Assembly (NCBI GenBank): GCA_947631045.1
Contig: CANRJV010000002.1
Location: 1-58,947, forward strand
DNA from: an uncultured Bacilli bacterium
Lineage (GTDB): Bacteria > Bacillota_I > Bacilli_A > RF39 > UBA660
Direction of reading: 5' to 3'
Length of the DNA stretch: 58,947 nt
A program made the position numbers and the translations under genes. The notes under the pieces were generated by a model, which saw only the letters and a program-made list of their open reading frames with translations, searched no databases and was not told the origin of the DNA. Of this stretch, positions 47,188 to 55,253 are shown in pieces. Positions within the stretch are counted from its first letter, which is position 1, and the number at the start of each line of letters is the position of its first letter.

Positions 47188-47655
47188 ATGAAAATAAAAA
47201 CAGGTTATTTATATCACATCAAAGATAAATATTTTGATGTCGTTAATGATGAAAATTTAATGCAAAATCATGAAAGAGGAAAGAAAAGACCTACTTATTT
47301 TACTATTAAGGATAAAAAAATATTATGGTTTATTCCTATTAGTTCTAAGGTTAATAAATATCAAAAGATTATTGATAAAAAAATCGAAAAATATGGATTT
47401 TGTAATACTATAATTATTAGAAAAATTGCCGATGAAGATGCTGCTATACTATTACAAAATGCTTTTCCGACGCTAGAAAAATATATTGACCATGTGCATA
47501 CTGTTGATGGAGTACCACTAAAGGTTCCAACAGATCTACAAAATGAAATTAGAAGTTTATTTAAAAATATGATAGGATTAAAAAAGAGAGGTACAAATTT
47601 ATTTTTCACTGATATAGATAAACTAAAAGAAAAAATGTTGGAAGAAATAAAGTAA
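47188..47655 (+). CDS. type III toxin-antitoxin toxin, CptN-like endoribonuclease
   Basis: 155 aa from ATG 47188 (RBS GGAG 9 nt upstream). Basic protein with RPTYFTIKDKKILWFIPISSKVNKYQKI. Locus architecture is promoter, repeats, terminator, toxin. Confidence 0.65.
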   Translation: MKIKTGYLYHIKDKYFDVVNDENLMQNHERGKKRPTYFTIKDKKILWFIPISSKVNKYQKIIDKKIEKYGFCNTIIIRKIADEDAAILLQNAFPTLEKYIDHVHTVDGVPLKVPTDLQNEIRSLFKNMIGLKKRGTNLFFTDIDKLKEKMLEEIK

Positions 47656-47710
47656 ATTGCCAATAAAATTTTTTGAAAATATAATAAATAAACAAAAATT
47701 TGGAGAAGTG

Positions 47711-49180
47711 ATGTTTGTTATGGAATTTGATAATTGGTTTGAAAAAATTAAAAGTAATAGAGAACATTTCATAGAATATTATGTTAATCAATTTGGTGAA
47801 GAAAATCGAAACCTTATAACGGAAAGATTTGATTCTTTGAAATTTTGCTTTTTTATTAATCCATATGATATAGGATATTGGATGAGCTTTCAGCTAAAAG
47901 ATGATTATACTATCGCTACTTATCAATTTTTACAAGCTTCGGCTTCCAAACTTGATATAGATATTTCTAAAATATCAGTTATATTTGATGAAGAATTAGA
48001 TCATCTATCTATAAATAGCGATGATAAAAATGTTGAAATTAAAATTGGCAAACTTTTTGGAACAGGAACGATTGGTAGTGCTTATATTCCTGATGAATTT
48101 CTTTTTCATAATCTTTATTCTTTTAGAAATTTAAATGATTTTATAAACGGAGAAGGAAAAGAATATGGTGATGCAAAAGAAGAATTATTAAAAAGACGTT
48201 TGCTATTCTTGATGGATATGGGAGATATAACTATAGAAGGAAGACCTGTTGATTATTTTAGTTCAGAAGATGGCAAAGAGTTTGTAAACTCTCCTAATTT
48301 CAAAAAATTATTGAATAAATATCAAGATTTAGCAGAAATAGCTTTTAAATATAAAAAAGAAGTTGATCATAGATATCAAAATTTAACTGATTATATGAAA
48401 AAGAAAATTTCATCTGAAAAACAAATTATTGAAAAATATAATAGATTAAAACAAGGAGTAGATAATCCTGAAAAAATAAAAGAATATGAAAAATCATGTA
48501 AAAAAGAAATAGCATCTTTAAGAATAATTTGCGGTAATTTTGATATATCTAACTGTTTAGATAAAGATGGAGCATTAGACTATATAGTTGATAGCATCGG
48601 TACACAATGTACTACTTTTTTTAATGATTATTTAAATCATCAGGAAATAGTGATATTTTTATGTCCATTTAGATCTATTCCGGGTTATGAAGATGTTGCT
48701 TTAAGACACGAAATAAGACATGGAATAACTAGTAGTCTTAGTATTAATGGAAATAATACAACATACAAAATAGGGAATAAAGTTGAAAAATATATTGATA
48801 AAGAATGCGTAGAAAGTGAACTTTCAAATTATAATGAATGGGTGACTCAAATAGAAGCCAAAAAGGAAACAGAAGATGCTTTTTCAAAAGGAATTTATAT
48901 TATCTCAAAACCAAGTTTGAAAAATCATAATTTTGTAGGGAAAACTTCTACCTATGACAGTTATTTACCATTGTTTGAAATTGTCTATAGTGCACTTCCT
49001 TCTTCTGCTAAGCAAAGTCAAATAGCAACATCTAATGAATCACTATATAATGCTATACCCTTGAATCAATTAAGAGACATTGAAAAAATGATACTTAATG
49101 GACATGAAACTGATAACGAACTTATAGGTACACTTCATAACATTTCAGATCAATTAAAAAGTAATGTAACAAAAAGATAA
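47711..49180 (+). CDS. hypothetical protein with an HExxH motif (possible metallopeptidase)
   Basis: 489 aa from ATG 47711 (RBS GGAGAAG). HEIRH at nt 48707-48721. I saw no terminator between it and the toxin gene. Confidence 0.7.
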   Translation: MFVMEFDNWFEKIKSNREHFIEYYVNQFGEENRNLITERFDSLKFCFFINPYDIGYWMSFQLKDDYTIATYQFLQASASKLDIDISKISVIFDEELDHLSINSDDKNVEIKIGKLFGTGTIGSAYIPDEFLFHNLYSFRNLNDFINGEGKEYGDAKEELLKRRLLFLMDMGDITIEGRPVDYFSSEDGKEFVNSPNFKKLLNKYQDLAEIAFKYKKEVDHRYQNLTDYMKKKISSEKQIIEKYNRLKQGVDNPEKIKEYEKSCKKEIASLRIICGNFDISNCLDKDGALDYIVDSIGTQCTTFFNDYLNHQEIVIFLCPFRSIPGYEDVALRHEIRHGITSSLSINGNNTTYKIGNKVEKYIDKECVESELSNYNEWVTQIEAKKETEDAFSKGIYIISKPSLKNHNFVGKTSTYDSYLPLFEIVYSALPSSAKQSQIATSNESLYNAIPLNQLRDIEKMILNGHETDNELIGTLHNISDQLKSNVTKR

Positions 49181-49471
49181 ATTTAATCATATTCATCTCG
49201 AAGATTGTAGTACCAGTTACAATTAGAGAAAATTTTTCTTAAATATTGTTTAGAAATCGAAACTGTAATTAAGTCGTTAATGGCTAATCAAATATCTAAA
49301 GTGTATGGGGCGAATGATTATTTAGATGTAAATAATCTTGATTTTATAATTGATATTGATAGAAGAATTTATTTAAGAAACTTACGGAGTCTTAAGTTAA
49401 TTTACCTGATTTCTTTTTAAGCGATTAGGTATTTTTGTTAATCGATGATATAATACTTGTGAGGTGTTATT

Positions 49472-51046
49472 ATGAGTGTTCTTACAAGTGCAAGTAGTTC
49501 TTCCGTTAGGAGAGGGTATGATTATTATAAATGTAATAAAGTTAATAATGTAAATCAATTAAATGATCATGAATTTGAAGGGTATGTAAAAGGTAGTTTG
49601 AAGAATCCTTACTATGTAAAAATAGATATAGAACATCCTAGAAAATCATATTGTGATTGTCCTCATGCAAATGGAAATATTACATGTAAACATATGGTAG
49701 CCTTATATTTTGAATTATTTCCTGATGAAGTAGATGATTACGAGTCGTGGCTGAATAGTGATTATGAAGAAGACGACTATTACAATTACAATGATTATTA
49801 TGATGAAAATTATTATGATTATGGAAGTAATTCTAATTTTGAAAAACCATTGTTTTTCGACATAGTATTAGAAAAATTTGTAGATGATCTTCATATTGAA
49901 CAGTTACGAGAAATTTTACTTACAGAACTTAAAAATAATGAAAAAAGAACATTTGATTTGTATTTAAAAGAGAATTATAGAAAATATTTAGAAAAGAATA
50001 ATTCTTCTTTAGTTTTTTTAGAAGAATTAAATAAAAGAATTCAAGATTTAACCGGTTACTATAGTTATGATTATAATGATTATGACAAAGAAATATTAAG
50101 TGTTAGAGAAAAAAGAAAAATAGAAGAACTTTATAAAGATGAAACACTTAGATCTCAAATAGATAAAATATTATTTAATGAAAAATTATCTGTATATTCT
50201 GATTATAAATGGATTGCTTGTTTTTATAAAAATAATAAAAGTTCTGATGAAATTAAGGATTATTGTAAAATTTTAGAAAATTATTTAAATAGTCTAAAGC
50301 ATTATAGTATAAAAAATACAGTTCCAAAGTCTAATATACTAATAATAATATATTTATTAAGTAATTTTACAACGACAGATATTGCCAGTTCATTATTAAA
50401 AAATGCAAAGTATCTACAATATATAGATTATGTGGTAGAAAATTGTAATAATGTTATAGAATTATATTCAGAGTTTATGAAATTAATAAATAAGAACTAT
50501 TTTAAAAATAAAGTTTATATTCCAGAAGTATTATATCGATTTGTTTGGGTTACAGAACATGAAAATAAAGAAATAAATATAAGTTATTATCTTTATAACT
50601 ATTTATGTTTAGGCCATACTGAATATTTAAAAATATTATCTCTCAATTTATCTTCCCAAGAAATCATAAAATTAATTGAAAGTAAAACAAAAGATCCATT
50701 CTTACTTATTAATCTTTATAAATTTTATAATAAAATCGATAAATTATGGAATATATTGCAAGATAGTAATTATAAATATTTACTATTAGACAATATAGAT
50801 TTGTTAAAAAATAAATATAATGATGATTTGTATAATAATTTTGTTAGTGAATTTTATAATATTCTTAAAGAAGCTAAAAGTAGGGAAGTTTACCATAAAG
50901 CTTCAAAATATATTAAAGCAATTTCAAAATTAAATGATGGTGATAATCTTGTAGATAATATAATATCGAATCTGAAACAGTCTGAATATCAAAAATGTTC
51001 AGCATTGTTTGATGAAATAGCTAAAGCACTTAAAAATGATAAATAG
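49472..51046 (+). CDS. SWIM zinc-finger protein with a D/Y-rich linker and a helical C-terminal domain
   Basis: 524 aa. CDCPHANGNITCKHMVAL (CxCxnCxH, nt 49652-49693), followed by DDYESWLNSDYEEDDYYNYNDYYDENYYDYG. Confidence 0.8.
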   Translation: MSVLTSASSSSVRRGYDYYKCNKVNNVNQLNDHEFEGYVKGSLKNPYYVKIDIEHPRKSYCDCPHANGNITCKHMVALYFELFPDEVDDYESWLNSDYEEDDYYNYNDYYDENYYDYGSNSNFEKPLFFDIVLEKFVDDLHIEQLREILLTELKNNEKRTFDLYLKENYRKYLEKNNSSLVFLEELNKRIQDLTGYYSYDYNDYDKEILSVREKRKIEELYKDETLRSQIDKILFNEKLSVYSDYKWIACFYKNNKSSDEIKDYCKILENYLNSLKHYSIKNTVPKSNILIIIYLLSNFTTTDIASSLLKNAKYLQYIDYVVENCNNVIELYSEFMKLINKNYFKNKVYIPEVLYRFVWVTEHENKEINISYYLYNYLCLGHTEYLKILSLNLSSQEIIKLIESKTKDPFLLINLYKFYNKIDKLWNILQDSNYKYLLLDNIDLLKNKYNDDLYNNFVSEFYNILKEAKSREVYHKASKYIKAISKLNDGDNLVDNIISNLKQSEYQKCSALFDEIAKALKNDK

Positions 51047-51089
51047 TATTAAAAATTATTAAACAATATGCCCTTAAAGATAAATTAAG

Positions 51090-51680
51090 TTATAAATGAG
51101 TAATTACCTTTCTTAAGGTTAAAGATTTCATGACACTTTTATTTACTTCTTCAATACTTTTATTGGCATCAATTATTTCTATGCTTCCTACCGAATTATA
51201 TAATTTAGCATATCCTTCTTGGGCTTTCAATAAAGTATTATAATTTTCATGTTTATTTAGTGCTTTGCCCCGAATTTTTATTCTTTCAAGAGCTATTTGT
51301 AAATCGATATTAAAATATAAAGTTAAATCCGGATTTTTTAAGAAAAATAGCATTTTTTTTATAGTTTCTATAGGTTCAATGCCATAAGCATAGGCATAAG
51401 CAAGATAGCACATTAAATAACGATCACATAAAATATAATCATATTCATTAGTTTTTCTTTGAACTAGAAGAGCTTGTTTTAATATTTCTAGACCACTACG
51501 ACATTCGATTAATAAATCTTTAAGAAAATTTTGATTCATATCATTAAGGGGCATATAGGTTAATTTAGAAACATAGACACTATAACTAGAAATTAAAGCA
51601 TCATAAACCAATTTTAGTTGGGTGCTTTTACCACATCCATCAATACCCGCAAAAGCAATAATTTTTGACTTATTTGGCAT
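51090..51680 (-). CDS. divergent thymidylate-kinase-like P-loop kinase
   Basis: 196 aa. P-loop GIDGCGKSTQ and a DRY-like CDRYLMCYLAYAYAYG. Lacks the EPGGT-type segment I expect in canonical Tmk. Confidence 0.65.
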   Translation of the reverse strand: MPNKSKIIAFAGIDGCGKSTQLKLVYDALISSYSVYVSKLTYMPLNDMNQNFLKDLLIECRSGLEILKQALLVQRKTNEYDYILCDRYLMCYLAYAYAYGIEPIETIKKMLFFLKNPDLTLYFNIDLQIALERIKIRGKALNKHENYNTLLKAQEGYAKLYNSVGSIEIIDANKSIEEVNKSVMKSLTLRKVITHL

Positions 51681-51802
51681 ATTATCCCCTCATTTCTTAA
51701 ATAATTAATATTTTAATATTTTTTTCTTAATAAGTAAATATTTATTTATAATTGTTTTTATTATAGAAAATGTTATAATGAAAATGGAAAGAGTGATGAA
51801 AA

Positions 51803-52372
51803 ATGCGAAAACAAATTAAAACTACAGAAGCAATATTTCCGATGCCAGTTTTAATGATAGCTACTTATAATGAAGATGGAAGTGTTGACGTAATGAATGC
51901 CGCTTGGGGAATGATGTTAGAAAGAGACTATATTGTTTTGAATTTATCAGAAAACCATAAAACAGTCAAAAACATTAAAAATAAAAAGGCTTTTACAGTT
52001 AGTATCGCGGATGCTAGTCATGTTAAGGAAGCGGATTATTTTGGCGTTGTATCGGGTAATGATACTCCATCTAAATTTGCATATAGTCATCTTACTGCTT
52101 CAAAATCTGAGTTTGTTGAAGCACCCATAATTAACGAATTTCCTATTTGTATGGAATGCGAATTTGTCGAATATCAAGATAATGAATATGGTTGTGGTGT
52201 TGTTGGTAAAATAGTAAATGTTACTGCTTTAGAGAAAGTAATGAAAGATGATAATGTTGATGTTTCTCTTTTAGAAGCTATTGCCTTTGACCCTTATACT
52301 CATGGTTATTATAAAGTATCCGAAAGAGTAGGTAATGCTTTTAAAGATGGTTTTGAATTAAAAAATAAGTAA
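51803..52372 (+). CDS. flavin reductase-like (FMN-binding split-barrel) protein
   Basis: 189 aa. PMPVLMIATYNEDGSVDVMNAAWG is typical of flavin reductase-like domain proteins. Confidence 0.7.
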   Translation: MRKQIKTTEAIFPMPVLMIATYNEDGSVDVMNAAWGMMLERDYIVLNLSENHKTVKNIKNKKAFTVSIADASHVKEADYFGVVSGNDTPSKFAYSHLTASKSEFVEAPIINEFPICMECEFVEYQDNEYGCGVVGKIVNVTALEKVMKDDNVDVSLLEAIAFDPYTHGYYKVSERVGNAFKDGFELKNK

Positions 52373-52483
52373 AGAAGAATTTAAAGTAAAAAATGTGTAA
52401 AATTATCCACATTTTTTATTTTTGGTATAAAAAAAGAGGAAATTCTCAAAATAAAACGAATATATAAGTAGAAGGAGAAAATT

Positions 52484-52687
52484 ATGAAAAGAAATGAACA
52501 GGATTTTATTGAAGAAATAACGGAAAATTTTAGCGAATTATTTGTCGAAGCTTTCTACATTAGATATTTAAGAGAATTTCCCGAAGAGAAAATGCTTACG
52601 ACGATTAATTTAACTAAAGAAAGACTGAAAGAAAAAATTAGTTTAAAATTCAAGAAAAAATTAAAAAAAATGCATTTAGAAGATTAA
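52484..52687 (+). CDS. small hypothetical protein
   Basis: 67-aa ORF with RBS GGAGAA. No recognised motif. Confidence 0.45.
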   Translation: MKRNEQDFIEEITENFSELFVEAFYIRYLREFPEEKMLTTINLTKERLKEKISLKFKKKLKKMHLED

Positions 52688-52696
52688 ACAAGGAAA

Positions 52697-52720
52697 AAGG
52701 AGTTCTTTTGAGGACTCCTT
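52697..52720. terminator. bidirectional terminator between convergent small genes
   Basis: AAGGAGT (52697-52703) pairs with ACTCCTT (52714-52720). Confidence 0.6.
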
Positions 52721-52919
52721 AATTATTGTAGTTATTGTTATTATTTCCAAACCATCCGGCTCCGATAATTATAACTAATAAAATGAATAAAACAATCCAT
52801 ATAGCAGCTCCTATACCATAGCCACTTGTGTAGCCTGCATATCCGCCACCGTAAGAACCTCCACAAGGAGTACTAGCATAGTTACCACCATAGTAACCAT
52901 TATTTCCGTAATAATACAT
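52719..52919 (-). CDS. tiny Gly/Tyr-rich transmembrane protein (YjcZ / tiny_TM_bacill-like)
   Basis: 66 aa. G/Y/N low-complexity head, one TM (AAIWIVLFILLVIIIGAGWF), poly-Asn tail. RBS AAGGAGG. Confidence 0.6.
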   Translation of the reverse strand: MYYYGNNGYYGGNYASTPCGGSYGGGYAGYTSGYGIGAAIWIVLFILLVIIIGAGWFGNNNNNYNN

Positions 52920-53039
52920 ATTATACCTCCTTTATGTATCTATTATATTTTATTAATCTTAGTCACATTTTGACATCAAAAACTTTATTTTTGTTTATTC
53001 CCTTTATTAAAGTATGTTATATTATTAATAGAGGATAAT

Positions 53040-54206
53040 ATGAAGAAAACATTTTCAAAAATGGATAAACCTTTATTATTTGTGATGATACTCTTATGTA
53101 GCATCGGTCTTTTGATGGTTTTTTCTTCCTCATCTGTCGCCGCGATTTTAAGATACAATAAACCACCAACTTATTTTTTTATTCGACAGCTCGCATTTTT
53201 TATTGTCTCTTTTATTGGTGGCTTAATCATTCTTAAAATTCCAACCAAATGGTATAAAAATATATCATGGCTTTTAATAATTGGAATTATCACGGTTTTA
53301 ATTTTACTTCTTTTATATGGTAAAATAACCAGTCACGTTCAAAGTTGGTTTTATATTCCCGGAACCGGTTTTGCCATTCAACCATCTGAATTTGCTAAAT
53401 CATTTTTAATTATTTTTATGGCGACATTTTATAATAGTTTAATTAAAAAGAAAGTAAATAATATTTATCTTTATTTAATTCCTTTATCAATTGCAGGAAT
53501 AATAGGTCTTCTTATCTTGATGCAACCAGACTTTGGTAGTGCCGCAATTTTACTTGGAATTGCCTTTTGTATTTTTCTTAGTGTTCCCATTAGTAAAAGT
53601 AATTTACCCAAAATTATGATGATCTTAGGAATCGGAGCGGTTTTGCTAGGAGTCTTACTTTTGTATAGTGGAGCAAATATATTAAATAGTGAACAAATGA
53701 GTCGTTTTAAATTTCAAAACCCTTGTCAAAGGTATAAAGAAAAAACCGGTTATCAAGTTTGTAACGGTTATATTGCCATCAATAGTGGTGGCCTTACTGG
53801 TGTTGGCATTGGTAAAAGTACCCAAAAATATTTGTACTTGCCAGAAAGCCATACCGATTTTATCTTTGCTGTTTTAGTGGAAGAATTAGGTCTTCTTGCT
53901 GGTCTTGGGGTTTTAGCTTTGTATGTGATTTTACTTTATCGCATTTTAAAAATTGCCAAAGAAGCTTATAACCTGCGAAATTCAATTATTGCCTATGGCA
54001 CATTCTGGCTCTTTGCTTTTCATATTGTCGTTAATTTATCCGGGATGTTAGCTATCCTCCCATTAACTGGGGTTCCACTTCCATTACTTAGTTATGGCGG
54101 TTCTTCAACCATCAACTTTGTCGCGATGTTATTTTTGACCCAAAGAGTGGCGATAGAAAATAAAAATACGAAATACAATTTAGAAATGAAGCAAATAACA
54201 AAATAA
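53040..54206 (+). CDS. SEDS-family peptidoglycan glycosyltransferase (FtsW/RodA)
   Basis: 388 aa, ~10 TM. QPSEFAK, PESHTDFIF and the GGSS C-terminal motif. Confidence 0.93.
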   Translation: MKKTFSKMDKPLLFVMILLCSIGLLMVFSSSSVAAILRYNKPPTYFFIRQLAFFIVSFIGGLIILKIPTKWYKNISWLLIIGIITVLILLLLYGKITSHVQSWFYIPGTGFAIQPSEFAKSFLIIFMATFYNSLIKKKVNNIYLYLIPLSIAGIIGLLILMQPDFGSAAILLGIAFCIFLSVPISKSNLPKIMMILGIGAVLLGVLLLYSGANILNSEQMSRFKFQNPCQRYKEKTGYQVCNGYIAINSGGLTGVGIGKSTQKYLYLPESHTDFIFAVLVEELGLLAGLGVLALYVILLYRILKIAKEAYNLRNSIIAYGTFWLFAFHIVVNLSGMLAILPLTGVPLPLLSYGGSSTINFVAMLFLTQRVAIENKNTKYNLEMKQITK

Positions 54207-54212
54207 AAATTA

Positions 54213-54248
54213 AATACTCTAATTATTTTTCTAGAGTATTTTTTTTTA
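54213..54248 (+). terminator. rho-independent terminator
   Basis: AATACTCTA/TAGAGTATT 9-bp stem followed by T9. Confidence 0.8.
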
Positions 54249-54383
54249 GGACCAAATTACTAGATTTGAAACCAAATATATAAGATTTGGCAAAAAAGTT
54301 TTAAAAATTAGGTAAAATCGCTTTTAAAAAAAAGGAAATTGACCCTTAGGTGACGAATAATAATAGTGAAAGGAGGAAAAAAG

Positions 54384-55253
54384 ATGAATTTTTTAGAATT
54401 TTGGCAAGAGAATAAAAACATTATTTTAAGCTTTAGTATTTTCTTGAATATTGTTTTAATAAGCTTATCTTTATATTTGTTTTTTAATGGCAAAAATCAA
54501 AAATGTCCTGAGTGTATCTGTGAACAAAACAAAACTATTTCCATGAACACTGCAAATGATACTACAAAGAATACTACTGAGTGTCAAAATGAAGAGAAAA
54601 AGTTTTATGTTGAAGTTAAAGGTGAAGTGAAATATCCAGGTGTTTATGAAGCCGATCAAAATACCATTATTGATGATGTCATTACCGATGCTGGTGGACT
54701 TACAAAAAACGCTTATACTGATAATATCAATATGAGCCGTAAAGTATCTGATGAATTAGTAATTTATGTTTATAACAAAAATGATATGACTAAAACCATT
54801 TCGCCTTCAGAAGAAATTAAGTCTTGTAGTCCTAATATAGTGGATTCTGATATAGAAGACTCTATTATTGAAGATCCATATTCTAATGATACAAATATTA
54901 AAGATACTACAAATAATGAACCATGTCTATGTCCAACATATGATATAACCGAATGTACTGAAGCCAAAAAAAGTGAAATCATCGCCGATCATAGTGAAGA
55001 AACCTATACTAAAGATACTTGGGAAAATGAAGATACCAAAGATGTTTTAAAGGAAGACAATGATTTAGTAAATATTAATACCGCTAGTAAAGAAGAACTA
55101 ATGAGTCTTAATTACATTGGGGAAGCTAAAGCTAAAGCTATCATTGAGTATCGGGAAAATAATGGTTTATTTAAAAAACTAGACGATTTAAAAAACGTTA
55201 AGGGTATTGGCAATGCTTTATTTGAAAAAATTAAGAACTATATTACAATCTAA
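54384..55253 (+). CDS. comEA: competence protein ComEA (DNA receptor)
   Basis: TM anchor, SLBB-like segment (FYVEVKGEVKYPGVYE), C-terminal tandem helix-hairpin-helix (VNINTASKEELMSLNYIGEAKAKAIIEYR...VKGIGNALFEKI). ATG 54384 with RBS AGGAGG. Confidence 0.9.
   Translation: MNFLEFWQENKNIILSFSIFLNIVLISLSLYLFFNGKNQKCPECICEQNKTISMNTANDTTKNTTECQNEEKKFYVEVKGEVKYPGVYEADQNTIIDDVITDAGGLTKNAYTDNINMSRKVSDELVIYVYNKNDMTKTISPSEEIKSCSPNIVDSDIEDSIIEDPYSNDTNIKDTTNNEPCLCPTYDITECTEAKKSEIIADHSEETYTKDTWENEDTKDVLKEDNDLVNINTASKEELMSLNYIGEAKAKAIIEYRENNGLFKKLDDLKNVKGIGNALFEKIKNYITI

Noticed and set aside
49181-49471. A 47-codon ORF (ATG ~49281, MANQISKVYGANDYLDV...) and short palindromes between the HExxH and SWIM genes.
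   Set aside because: No RBS and no recognisable motif. This is probably a gene fragment or chance ORF.
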